A stretch of DNA of 64,000 bases from Diplonema japonicum (Eukaryota > Protista > Euglenozoa: Diplonemea), in assembly GCA_964019335.1 (NCBI GenBank), contig OZ025760.1:1-64000 (forward strand). The letters are read 5' to 3'. Each line of letters begins with the position of its first letter. Position 1 is the first letter of the stretch. Positions 8,360-19,322 of the stretch are shown here, piece by piece. A program made the translations under genes and the position numbers. The notes beneath the pieces were generated by a model. That model was given only the letters and a program-made list of their open reading frames with translations, had not been told where the DNA came from and ran no database searches.

Positions 8360-8770
8360 TTTCATCGCGGGCTGCAATATTCGAAAGCCTGCATTCAAGC
8401 TCCCTTTCCACGTTGCTGACTGAAAGGGAAAAAAAAATCAAAAGAGAAAACTGTGCTGGCTGTCGCCGAAACTAATTACTGTACTTCACTCGGACGAATC
8501 ATAAAACCAAAATGGGGTGGGCGGTCAAATTTTCATTGTTCTTAATTGTTGAAAAATGGCATCCCCGAACCCTAGATAGGTTCACAATCGTAGTATCCCT
8601 ACGTTTGAGCGGGCTGTCTCTGGCTTCTAGCCATTCCCTGACTCTAGGACTTCGAACGAGAGTAGAACAAAATAAAAGCCTATTCATATGGGCCCGGGGG
8701 TGTCATTCTTAACAATTTCTAATAAAGCTGACGTTTTGCCCCCGAGGGTTCGTGTATCTGCGATAGTAAT
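8360..8770 (+). ncRNA. Candidate structured non-coding RNA (identity unknown) or decayed fold-back element
   Basis: Nested stems 8475-8482/8763-8770, 8494-8500/8747-8753, 8514-8527/8729-8742 and 8544-8567/8695-8717 close a loop of five small hairpins. Non-Watson-Crick pairs are mostly G-U on the + strand. Confidence 0.4.
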
Positions 8771-9002
8771 GGAAGCAAATAAACAAAAAAAAAAAAAACG
8801 CGCGACAACAAAAAAAAGGGGTTTTTTGATAAACCTAACGGCATACAAAAAAAAAACCCATTTATTTCCCTTAGCCAAACCGTTAATCCCCCCTTTTTTG
8901 GGGGATAAAAAAAAGAACTGTACAGCCTACAAAAGGAGAACAAAAAAAAACACGGCCACTTCACGGGGGGGGGGGGGGGGGGGGGGGGGGGCGAAGGGAC
9001 AA

Positions 9003-12000
9003 CTAATCACTATCTATCGCGTCCCGCTCAGCTTGCTCTTCGATGTCGGCACCGTCCACGTGTGGAAAGGAAGACATGGGTATGTCTCGTTCCTGCGCCG
9101 CAAGCCTGCTGTACTTAGTTTCCATCATTCTCTTCTTCCGGTAAGTGAGACATAACACCATAAAGAGGAGGATCAAGATGCACGTGAAGATAATACCGGC
9201 AAGGACCATCTGCCGGGTGTGCATAGTGGTGTGCTGTGCATACCTTGTTTGACCCGATGCAGTCTCGTGTGCCGCCTTCTTTTGTAGGCTTCATGTTATT
9301 GTCGTCTACGCACACTACGCCCTGCTTCAACTGCCAGAGCTGTGTCTGGACACTGTCCGACGTGCACGCCCCCCACAGCATCTCAAAGTCGCCTGCCGTA
9401 CACGACCGCTTGCACTCCTTTACAGTCGGAGTCCTCTCGCCAAGACACGACGCATTCTTGTGCCACGTGACCTGCGCCTGCTGCGACTCCAAATCGCATT
9501 CCCCCACCTCTGCAAAGAACATAGCATCCGTGCACTTCGGGCAAGCAAAGGCAGTTGTCATCTATACAAAAATTGTGAGCCTTCAACACCAAACCATACC
9601 TCAAAGTAGTAGCTGCAAGACTCCTCCCTGATATACTTCATTTCGGGCGACAGCGTTGTCACGGAAGGGTCGCACGTCAGGTCAATGTGCGAGACTCTAG
9701 GGTACGGGCTCACTTTCTCGTTGTTTCTGTAGTGGCACTTCGAGCCGTCAGAAAAGGTGATGTTGATGCCAGACGCGGACACCTCGTAGAAGGGCACATC
9801 GCCCATAGAGTACGCGAGGTCCTGGTTGAGTCTCTGACATGCGTATGCCTGCAGGTGGTTCGTGCTTTTTATTTTCATTCTCTGTCAAACATACACGCTT
9901 CCCAGAGCTGCACAGTTCCTTCTCGTTGGCATCGTCATTGACAATCTCGCAGAGTTTCAAGAAGTACCTGGAGGTTAAAAAAAGGGGGGGGAATTGCACG
10001 AGAAAGACAACCACACACCTCTGGATGCTGTAAAGATCATTCGACGTCTGGTTGTTTATATCTAGGTCTGTAGGGCCCATCCGCCTGATGTGGTCCAGGT
10101 CGACAAGGGGTCCAAACAATTTGTTGCCGATCTGCGTGTGCTCGGTGTCTTATCTTGTAAGGCATATACCGGTCTGATGTCGAACGAAAGTCCCGTAGAT
10201 GAATCTTCGAGCTCGCATGTTGCCAAGCAAGCACTCTGGTCAGCGTTCACAACGGCGGGTGCGCACACTTTGCACGATATCTGCGGTGTGGTGGTGCAAA
10301 AAAAAAAAGGGAGGACACACCATGCCCTCGCTGTGTGTGGCACTGCCTGCTGCACAAGGCAAACATGTGGACTGAGCTTCTTTGTCTTGATACTGGCCCT
10401 TCGGGCACGCAATAGGAACAGGCTCAGACGCAGGGCATTTCTTGCCCTTGGGGCACTCTAAGCAACTCGTGCTCGCGCCCCCCTCCACTCCGTACAAGGA
10501 GAGAGACGTGATGTACAAATTGCTTTCGTGCACCGAACCAGAGCAGGACTTTTCAAAAATCCACTTCAGTTTGTACTCCTGACCAGGGGCAAACACGACA
10601 TCATCGCTACCTTCAAGTTCAGAGAATGACCCCAGCGACTTCTGTGCGAGTTCGTTCCTCGCGAGGTCGAGTGAGAACTCGTACTTGTTATTGATGACGA
10701 AGGTGCCTTTGCTGCACGAAGTAGCCCCGCCGAAGTAGTACTTGAAGTCGATGTGACCTACGGTCACCCTGTGCGGTGAGGAGTGAAGTGAGGAGCACGA
10801 CAACATACATTGTGACGGTGAGGCTTAACTCTACGTTGACACTGTTCCCGTGCCCCATGCCACTCGACAAGGTTGTCATCTCCTGACCGTTCAGCATAGT
10901 CTTTTGGATCTCCCATGCGGTGTCGCCGTATGAGTCCTTCTCTCTGCATGAGGATGTCGCATCTTGGGTGCACAAGTTCGTGACCTTCATTAAGCTGTCA
11001 TCTTGCGTGAGGCCCATACTCAGAGGGACACCTTCCGCTGTCGCAAAGTCCTCGAAACTGGAAAAAGAAAAATGATGCAATAATGCACTATTTAAAAACA
11101 TACACAAGCTTCGGCACTGCAAACATCCCGCCTGTGCAAGTCTGGCACTCGTCACCTTTTCTGTACTGCCCCCTTGGGCAGTGTGTGCACTTCCCCGACT
11201 GATCCCTGAAGTACCCTTCAAGACAAACGCTGCAGTCCTGATACTCTTCGGGTTTGAAAGACTGTTCGAAAAAAAATACACGCCAATATATAAACAAAGG
11301 GACATACGATGCAACCGCTCTGTTGCCAAGTAGCCTTTCTCTTGAAGCCTCCATCACGCGCCTCGCAAGCATCGTACTTTGGGAAAGTGCACTCAGCCAA
11401 TGGCTCACATTTCTCTGACCCGGGTGCTGACATCTCTGTGTCAGAGCAGTCGATGCATGACGTGGCAGGGTCGTTGAAGCCTCTCTTAGTGCCAACAGGA
11501 CAAATGCTGCAACTGCCGCTCCCAGCAGTGGAAGATGCGTACCCTAACGGGCATGGTGAACACGCCGTGACAGACTTTTCCTGCCCAGCGACAGTGATGC
11601 TCTTGATGAACGCCCTATCGGCCCCAACAGGGTTGGATCTTGATTTGGTGTACGAGAACCGCACGATGTGCGAGCCTTTGTTCAAATAGAACTCGGCAGT
11701 GTCCCACGTGAAATCGAGGCCTGTCGTCTTGGTGCCCCACTGCAAGTGCCCATCGACGTAGATCTGCATGGACGCCGTGTCCCTCTCGCACTCGATCCTG
11801 TGCTGCACGGTTACCTTGGCAAAGGCACCAGTGTTTACTATAAGAACAAGGCTGCTCTCCGCGTCTGGTGACAGGCTGTTGTCGCCGGACGTGAGCACGT
11901 TGTGCTCAACTGTCCAAGGGTTGCAGCTCCTACTATGGCAGTATGTAGCAATGTCCTTTGGTAGTGTGCCGTTGAACCCTTCGTAGGTGATGGCCTCGCT

Positions 12001-12282
12001 CACAGAGTAGGTGCCTGGGGGGCAGTCCTCGCATTCAGCGTTGGTAGAGTAGTACTTCCCGTCCTCGCAGTGCACGTTGCAAGGAACGGTTTTCGGGGCC
12101 TCCAAAGTTACGTTCCCGGACTCGCAAGGGTCTTTCCAGTACTGCAGCACTTGCGCTTGTTCTGTACCGTTCGGCAACGTGAAGCACTCGGTGAATACAG
12201 CACCAATGTTATCCTCAGTGCATGTGGCGGCATGGGCACAGACGCACGCCGCGAGCAACGATACAACTGTTGCGGCGTTCAT
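9003..12282 (-). CDS. ELAPOR/KIAA1324 (UPF0577)-like membrane protein with ephrin-receptor-like Cys repeats and an MRH-like domain; multi-exon
   Basis: Signal peptide; CxxCPxGxY repeats; IDLTCDP...EESCSYYF MRH-like segment; TM followed by KYSRL. Short GT-AG introns, e.g. 11262-11307 and 9210-9243. Confidence 0.75.
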
Positions 12283-12384
12283 TTATCCTGAAGATAGCTT
12301 ATGGAGAAAAAAAAAGCAGCCGAACGCAGGTGTTGTTGTCGGTGTCTGGCTTGACTCAACTCAACCCAAAAACTCAATCCTATC

Positions 12385-13179
12385 TTAATCGAGGTCGTCG
12401 CTGGAGGACCGTCTTCGCTTTTTCGTCGGCTGGGGTGCTGCTTGTTCTGGCTGCGCTGGTGGTGCCACCGGCTCCTGTTGTGTGATATGCTGCTTTTTGA
12501 AAGAGTACACACCTTGGTAGGGGGCGGGCTGTCTTCCTCCTCTTCCTCTTCGTCGTCGTCGTCCTTATCTTTGTCAAGGTTGTCCAAGCGGGGTTGCAAA
12601 ATATCGTTCTGTAGGTGTTGAATAAAAAAAAAGGGGGGGGTTCCTACACAAAGGCCATACGTGTTCCAGCACCCTTCTTGGTGGTATGCGCGGCAGTGTG
12701 CAGTCGAACACGTTGTTGTCTGACAAGAAGGAATCCACCAACTCGTCTATGTACGTGATGCAATAGGACCCGTCCAGGTTCCGCAGCACTATCTTTCTGT
12801 AGTCGTTCAGAAGAGGCTCCAGATAGTCATATATTTGGAAAGGTGATCCCACAAGCCTCAGGTAGAAGGCCCCCAACACCGTTACGTACTTGAAATCGCC
12901 TTGTTTGATGAACTCCATCACCATTTCCAAATCGGGCTGCATCTGCAGCATCTTGAGCACTAAACAAAGGAACTTCGTAGGTCTCCTAGAGTCCCCATAG
13001 CTGCCACCCACGCAGTTCAGTTTCACACCTCTCTCGATGACCCCTTCGGCTGACAACCCGAAGCAGTGTTCTTTCCAGTACATGTTGTTGTAAATCCTCG
13101 TCTTCACAATCTTTTCCACCAGGTTCTGCGGGTCCACCCCGTGCACATTGCGTGCAGACCTGTCTGTTCTGTTTGCCAT
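12385..13179 (-). CDS. PRP38: Pre-mRNA splicing factor 38 (PRP38A-like), two short introns
   Basis: MANRTD...HGVDPQNLVEKI...RIY...YWKEHCFGL...PTKFLCLVLKMLQMQP...FKY...LGAFYLRL. Splicing of two introns gives a C-terminus ...KKRRRSSSDDLD*. Confidence 0.93.
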
Positions 13180-13264
13180 TCCTTTCCCCCCCTCCCTGGA
13201 TCTGTAAGGATTCTTCTAAAAGGTTTGATGGATTTGTTAACAATAAAAGAAATTCTGAGTACCA

Positions 13265-14401
13265 TCAGGCAACCCTATAAGCACGATCTAGCCTGCAGGC
13301 AACTGCTATGCTCACCGCCGCAATGTCGTCAGGCATGCCGAGCCTTGTGTACATTTCTTTGAGAATCCTGCTTGTCCCCACAAGGAATGCCTCGTACATC
13401 TCGTTGCGCTTGTAGTCAGAGACGCAGCTGTCGAAGCACGACTCGGCAAGTAGCATGAAGTCGTCGTCCGCTTCCTTACTGTTGTCAGCTGCATGCTGGC
13501 AGATGCCTCTGAGGGTTTTTCTTGTGGGCACCATATGCCGCACAAGCTCGGTGTACCAAACCTTTGCCTCATTGAAGTTGTCTTTTTCCAAGCAAAACAA
13601 AATGATGTGTTCATAACCCTTAGCGCACATGGGGTGCCCTGCAGAGATCATAGTCCGCGCGTACTCCATGGCCTCCACAGGCGGCATGCTTCGCACCAGC
13701 TGAGATACCGTGCGTGGCTGATACCCGCACGATGCCCAGGGTAGGTACTTCCCTTCTGTATAAGGCGCGACTCCTTTGCCGTTGGTTGCAATTGCAACCA
13801 GCTCCAACATCTTGTCTGAGGGGCTTTGGCACAACAAGAGGAACCTGTCAAACAAAGCAGTAGTGAGGGAACGCTCGTCATGCTGATTCGCCAGTGTCAT
13901 CGCTGTGGAATAGGCCAGGCCAGCCTTGCTTCTATCTAAATTTCGAAACTGCGGCAGCGTTACATACTGCGCTGTGGGGGCCTTGTCCAGGCAACACGAC
14001 TGCCCTACGATTCCCAGCACCGAGGTGGACACGACGTACCCTTCCTGGAAGCCCTTCCTCAGCAACCGAGTAAGAAGCAGGCTGCAGCCCTTCATCGAAC
14101 ACAACATGTTCGCAGCCTTCGTGATGGACTTTTCACCAAAGAAGTGGTCCCCTATTTTGCACTCTTGTAACACTGTCTCTACCGCGCTTTTCCAATCCTT
14201 CTTTGGCGTGTGCACTTTAATGTAAGTAAGGACATCGGCCAAACGTCTGTCGGATATAGGCTTCCCTTCCTGCAGCAGCATGGAGAATAGATCAACGGGT
14301 GGAGTGAGCTCGAGGACGTCTTCAAAGTGAGTGGTGCCTGCAAAGTAGCCCGAGATCACATCTTGTGTTACATCGCTTAAGAGCAGCCTTCCACGTCGCA
14401 T
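13265..14401 (-). CDS. Hypothetical helical-repeat (PPR-like) protein, possibly mitochondrial
   Basis: Long ORF; the ATG (MRRGRLLL) follows a pyrimidine tract/CAG; one PPR-like repeat (GYEHII..C.....NEAK.WY.EL....P...T). Confidence 0.6.
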   Translation of the reverse strand: MRRGRLLLSDVTQDVISGYFAGTTHFEDVLELTPPVDLFSMLLQEGKPISDRRLADVLTYIKVHTPKKDWKSAVETVLQECKIGDHFFGEKSITKAANMLCSMKGCSLLLTRLLRKGFQEGYVVSTSVLGIVGQSCCLDKAPTAQYVTLPQFRNLDRSKAGLAYSTAMTLANQHDERSLTTALFDRFLLLCQSPSDKMLELVAIATNGKGVAPYTEGKYLPWASCGYQPRTVSQLVRSMPPVEAMEYARTMISAGHPMCAKGYEHIILFCLEKDNFNEAKVWYTELVRHMVPTRKTLRGICQHAADNSKEADDDFMLLAESCFDSCVSDYKRNEMYEAFLVGTSRILKEMYTRLGMPDDIAAVSIAVACRLDRAYRVA

Positions 14402-14484
14402 TCCTGAGGTGAGCCTGAGCAAAAAAAAAAAAGGGAAAGGGGGAGGGGGACGAAGGGGGGGGGGGGGGGGGGGGAGAAAAACTC

Positions 14485-14928
14485 TTAAGAGTAGGATGCA
14501 AACAAGAGCTGCTGCCTCTCAAGGTCAGTCACGCTGCACATTTCCACCACATCGGACACTGGTATGGCCACCGACGAGTTGCGGTAGTTGTTGAATGCTT
14601 GGTCCTTCCAGCAGGTTTGAACTGTCTCAGAGTCTGCTCTGGTTCTTACGTTCCGAACCAGCTTGCTGGTATTTTCTTCGCTTATCTCGAACTTGCGATC
14701 GGTCTTTCCCCTCCACAGCACTCGCTCATAGCACTCCTTCCTCAGCTTTACTTCGCTTAATTTGCACGCATCCGCGCACAGCGTGGCCCTATGCTCCTCC
14801 TTCACCTGTCTAAACAGGTTCCAACATACTATTCGCTGGTCAGCATCAGCCTGCGTACCCTTGCACACGCTGCTCCAAACGTCCTCCGAGACCGTTTCCT
14901 TCAAAGCTGCACACGTCATGAACATCAT
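14485..14928 (-). CDS. Hypothetical protein (~147 aa), or an upstream exon of the adjacent gene
   Basis: Open frame with coding-like composition between low-complexity spacers. Confidence 0.45.
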   Translation of the reverse strand: MMFMTCAALKETVSEDVWSSVCKGTQADADQRIVCWNLFRQVKEEHRATLCADACKLSEVKLRKECYERVLWRGKTDRKFEISEENTSKLVRNVRTRADSETVQTCWKDQAFNNYRNSSVAIPVSDVVEMCSVTDLERQQLLFASYS

Positions 14929-15175
14929 TTGCAACCTGTCGTTCCAAGTGAGGGGGTCGCAGGAGAAGATGAATGAAAACGAAAACCAAAACAAAAAAAA
15001 GGGGGGGAAGAAGGAAGAAATGAGATAAAGGAGGCTCCATGCAATTTAAAAAACAAACCCCCTGTCTCTACTAGTTCCACCCCCCTTTCCCCCTTGTTGC
15101 ATTTTTTCCGAAAAAAAAAAAAGAAGAAGAAAAAGGGCATGAGCTTATCACCTCTTTGGGTTAGACACTACACTG

Positions 15176-17206
15176 TTATCCTCTCACATAGAACCACATG
15201 AGTAGGGCCGAAAGGCTGAAGAAGACTATAGTAAAGTTGTAACTGTGTATGGCTAGAGACGCTTCAGGACTCACCGGTGGCGGCAGAGGCTCTTCCACGG
15301 TTATAGACACGGCTGGTGAGTGTGGGCTCATTGAAAGAGGCATCAGGAAATGCGGTGTATCCGAATTCGGCCAGTAGCAGTACGGGGCCTTTCCTGAGGC
15401 GTCTTCGAGGGACTTGTCAGCGCCGTACTGGTGGAGGATTTCGCACAACGTCTGGTCGCCTGCCTTGCAGGCAATGTGCAGGGGTGTACTGCTCATTGCG
15501 TTCTTGACATTAACAGGGCTGCCAGCTTCCAGCAGCACCATGACAGGGCCTACCCTTCGGTGCTGCACGGCAACATGCAACCCTGTCATGCCTTCCGAGT
15601 TGCTTGCTGTTAGGTCGGCCTTCCTCACCACAGCACGAAGGGACGACGTGTACCCTTCACGGATAGCGCCCAGCAACACATGAAACAAATCATCCCACTC
15701 CGTCTCCAACGCCAGCACTGTGTCGGTGTAGCTGTTGCTGTACACCGCAAAGGCGAGAAGCGATTCGTAGCCGCCGTCGGCCTTCTTGCTGTCGTAACGT
15801 CTCTTGAGGTCTGTTACCGCCACTTCTTTGTCATCAGGAGGTGTTGGTGCCATTGGCGGCGTGTCAATTGCAAGTGATTCAAAGACAGGCAGGCTGGGCC
15901 CTTCCAGTTCCTCTGAGACAGACGGTTCCATTGGTACGGGCTCAAAGTCAGGCTCCGGGTCATGTTCCGGCTCAGGGTCGTCATAAAAGAATACATCTCT
16001 GTCCTCTTCTCTGTCCTCTTCGTCCTCTCGTTCGTCCCATTGCGCGACTCTTGTGTCAAGGATTGTGTACCTTTCTTGCTTCTCGGAGTTCTCCAGCTGC
16101 CAAAACGCAGCATCTTCGCCTGATGTGATCTCGCTGCGTATGTCCGCCTCGTCCTCCTTGCAAGCATTCATCAGTACCTTCACATCGTCCTGCAGCCTTT
16201 GCATGCGCGACCGCACCTTAGCTTGCTCAGAAGAAAGGTATGTTGCCATCTGCAGGAAGTAGAAGCCTTCCTCTTCGTCCAACGAGCTGCGTTCCACAGC
16301 TTCAGCGGTGAAGAGCTGCTTCAGGTCGAGGGACCATTCTCTCTGTTGTGTGAGCTGCCTCTGCATCAGTACCCGAATTGTATCACAGAAATGATCGTGG
16401 ATGTCATCTTTTTCTGTCTTACACTGCTGTGTGATAGTTGCCCTGCCTATGGTCTCTGCAAGGCCAGCTCGAGAGTACGCCTCGTACTCTTCAAGCTTGC
16501 ATCTATTTTTGTGCTCATGAATGGTTATGAGTTCCGTTTCCGCTTCTCTCTTGAGGCTGCCTTCCAGCACCGAGAATCTTCCAGACGAGGCCGCACGTTC
16601 TGACTCGCTGAACCATCTCTCCCTCTCAATCACAATGGCCGTCCTCGCGGTGTCCTCCACATGCTGCAGGTCGGTAACGCATTTTTCGAGGAGTCGAACA
16701 CAGTGCTCTGCTAGATGGACGCTTTCCTCTTCTTCATTCACCAGAATCAGGAAACGCTCTTTGTCGCTAGTCATCTCGAACATGAATCGCGTGTGCTCTG
16801 TCACTACAGCCCTTCTGCCTTGCATTTCTTCTTCGATGTGGGCCTCTAGCTTGTTCAGGAGGTGGTACCAAAGGGCATGCATCACTGCGTATTCATGGCC
16901 CTGCTCGTCGATGATTACCTGTCTCACGCCGGTCTCTTCGTGTTGCACCTTCTTTAACGCTTTGACTTTCATCAGCCTTGCGCCTATCAGCCCTTTCATA
17001 GCTGCACTGAATGCAACAAATTTCTCGTCGCGCTCGGAATTCTCAGCTTCTTCCAGCGTGTGCCTCCCCTCCACCTCCAGCTCTTCAGCAGTAGCATCTT
17101 TAAAGTTGGTTCTGTTCACAGGTACACTGTCAAGCGCCTCTCCAACCTTGTCTACAGTGTCCTTGATGTTGTGTGTAACATTTTGTAGGGTTGTGAGCCA
17201 GCTCAT
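15176..17206 (-). CDS. Coiled-coil and ankyrin-repeat protein with a C-terminal membrane anchor
   Basis: Glu-rich coiled coil; GMTGLHVA and SSTPLHIAC ankyrin motifs; terminal hydrophobic helix. Confidence 0.85.
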   Translation of the reverse strand: MSWLTTLQNVTHNIKDTVDKVGEALDSVPVNRTNFKDATAEELEVEGRHTLEEAENSERDEKFVAFSAAMKGLIGARLMKVKALKKVQHEETGVRQVIIDEQGHEYAVMHALWYHLLNKLEAHIEEEMQGRRAVVTEHTRFMFEMTSDKERFLILVNEEEESVHLAEHCVRLLEKCVTDLQHVEDTARTAIVIERERWFSESERAASSGRFSVLEGSLKREAETELITIHEHKNRCKLEEYEAYSRAGLAETIGRATITQQCKTEKDDIHDHFCDTIRVLMQRQLTQQREWSLDLKQLFTAEAVERSSLDEEEGFYFLQMATYLSSEQAKVRSRMQRLQDDVKVLMNACKEDEADIRSEITSGEDAAFWQLENSEKQERYTILDTRVAQWDEREDEEDREEDRDVFFYDDPEPEHDPEPDFEPVPMEPSVSEELEGPSLPVFESLAIDTPPMAPTPPDDKEVAVTDLKRRYDSKKADGGYESLLAFAVYSNSYTDTVLALETEWDDLFHVLLGAIREGYTSSLRAVVRKADLTASNSEGMTGLHVAVQHRRVGPVMVLLEAGSPVNVKNAMSSTPLHIACKAGDQTLCEILHQYGADKSLEDASGKAPYCYWPNSDTPHFLMPLSMSPHSPAVSITVEEPLPPPVSPEASLAIHSYNFTIVFFSLSALLMWFYVRG

Positions 17207-17330
17207 GGCTGCTGGTTTCTAGCATGGTTTGAAAGAGGCACAAAGGCATCAGAAAATAAACTCTTCTTAACAAAATCGATATAATTCCAGTGTGCAGGGC
17301 GCTCACTGTAAGGGGGGGGGGGGGACTAAA

Positions 17331-19085
17331 CTAATACATTCTATCAAAAGCTGCAAGGGGGTTCTCTTGGGTCACATGCCTGAACAATTGTTGGTGGACA
17401 GGGTCGTCGAGGTTGCTGCAGGAGATACCTTCCGGGCAGTAGTGCCTGTGCTGCAAGAAGTGGCTGTCTTCAGTACTGGTGCAGCTGTGGCTGAGACAGG
17501 ACGGGAGGATGTGCCAGAAGTACGAGCAATGCGTGCGGTCTAATGCGTCTGGGCAGGGACGTGCATGGCACTGGTGCATGAAGGCCTTTCTGTGTTCAGC
17601 CACATGAATCTGCGGACAGTCCATGAAATCCTTGCAAAATGGCTTCTGTTTTACATCGTGCGATCTCACGCTGCCAGCCCCTTCCATACCACCTTGCTTC
17701 TCTTCAATCTTGTAGTCCTTCAAAGCTGCCAGGTTGCGCAGCTCTGCCTCCAGGGCCGCAGTGTCGTAATTCTGCTTTTTGCTCACTTTCTTTGGCGTTT
17801 CAATCACAGGCGACGGCGATGGGGATGGCGGCTGTCGCAGTTTCGACTCGTGCAGTGTCTGCGCCGGTGCACCCTCCGCTTTCTCCTCCTTGTCGTCTCC
17901 TTTCTTGTTCGATGTGAGCAGTTTAGCCGTCACACACAGCGCCAGGCAGCACACCAGCACTGCCAGCAACACCACAATGATGATCCAGGCAGGCACGGCA
18001 TCGTCGTCACAGTCCACCTTCCCAGCATCATACCTCCCCAAGACGCTCAAGTACCAAGGAGTGGACCCCGACACCAAGTTATCCTTCAGGCAGCAGAAGT
18101 AGCTCTTTTCAATTGCAGCGTAGTTTGTGGTGTCCACGTACTTAGTAGACTCGTATGAGATGAAGGACTGCACATGCGTGTAGCAGGTCTCAGGAATGAT
18201 GTACTTACAAACTCCTGTAGCCCCTGTAGTGCATGAGCATGCTAGTAACCCACCGTCTTGCGCAGTGGTGCAACCTGTGTCCGAGGAACACGGAGCATCT
18301 AGGTTGAGAGGCCGCACGCACCTGTTGTTGAAGGCGTGCAGGCCCATCTTGCAGAAGATATTTCTCTCGCTGGCACCGCCCTCTCTGACGCTGAAGTACG
18401 GGACGCAGAACTTCTGGTTACATCCGTGTTCTCCTTTACACTCGGCGTCACTGGTACATGCCTCGGATGTCTTCAGAGGCTGGCACGTGTGCGTGCTTGT
18501 AAGCTGTCTACAGTAGTGCTCATGGCTGCATTGTACCACTGCAGAGCATGAGTCACCGGTGACGCCAACTGCCTTCAAAGAAGTGCACACCGCAGTCTGG
18601 ATGGTGCCCAACAGAGGCACGATGCATGTGCTGCCTTTGGCACAGGTATATGTCTTGTTTCCCACTGCTGTGTAGCACGTCTCGCCCGCGGAGGGGCGCT
18701 TGCTGCAGGCACCTTCCTTGCAGAAAAGGTCGTCCCTGCAGTACGTGTTTTCAGTACAGAATGAGCCTTCGGCAAAGCTGCCAGCGGCGGTGCAAGTGAG
18801 CTGCTTGGCTTGTAGTGAAACTGTGTTTATTGCGACACATGCACCTTTGAGGCAGTCGCTGTGGGCACTGCACGTGAGCCCGTCCTCCAGCAGCCCCCTG
18901 CACCTGTTGTCGTAGCAGATGCGCTTGTCCAGCACACTCGCTGCAATGACGTTGTTATTCATACAGTCCGTGCTGACGGTACACACACCCCCGTACTCTG
19001 CCAGGCCGTAGCGCACACCGACCAGCCTCGGGCATTCATGCTGCGAGACCACCAACGCAACCACCGCAACAGCAACACATATCAT
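17331..19085 (-). CDS. Cys-rich type I membrane protein with four cytoplasmic CCHH (PBZ-like) zinc fingers
   Basis: Signal peptide; EB/Dickkopf-like Cys repeats; TM segment; tail repeats C-x4/5-C-x7-H-x5-H. Confidence 0.8.
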   Translation of the reverse strand: MICVAVAVVALVVSQHECPRLVGVRYGLAEYGGVCTVSTDCMNNNVIAASVLDKRICYDNRCRGLLEDGLTCSAHSDCLKGACVAINTVSLQAKQLTCTAAGSFAEGSFCTENTYCRDDLFCKEGACSKRPSAGETCYTAVGNKTYTCAKGSTCIVPLLGTIQTAVCTSLKAVGVTGDSCSAVVQCSHEHYCRQLTSTHTCQPLKTSEACTSDAECKGEHGCNQKFCVPYFSVREGGASERNIFCKMGLHAFNNRCVRPLNLDAPCSSDTGCTTAQDGGLLACSCTTGATGVCKYIIPETCYTHVQSFISYESTKYVDTTNYAAIEKSYFCCLKDNLVSGSTPWYLSVLGRYDAGKVDCDDDAVPAWIIIVVLLAVLVCCLALCVTAKLLTSNKKGDDKEEKAEGAPAQTLHESKLRQPPSPSPSPVIETPKKVSKKQNYDTAALEAELRNLAALKDYKIEEKQGGMEGAGSVRSHDVKQKPFCKDFMDCPQIHVAEHRKAFMHQCHARPCPDALDRTHCSYFWHILPSCLSHSCTSTEDSHFLQHRHYCPEGISCSNLDDPVHQQLFRHVTQENPLAAFDRMY

Positions 19086-19322
19086 CTGCTGTGGAAGGTG
19101 ACAAATGGGAATGTAAGGAAAAGAAACAACAAAAGGAAAACAATCACAAATATGGTCACTTCTCCGCTACCGCCTGCAAAGAATATCTGAAACTATGTCG
19201 TTGGGGTGTCGTACCTCGTAGCGCGAATCCTTTACTTTTATTATTTCTTATCTTTTATATTATTTCGGTGGCAAATAGCGGTGAACTCTTTTTCTTTTCT
19301 TTTATATTTACAAAAGCCACAC

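Noticed and set aside
8290-8580. Telomerase RNA template
   Set aside because: Only 7-8 nt matches (AACCCTA on +, CCTAACCC on -) were found, too short to call.
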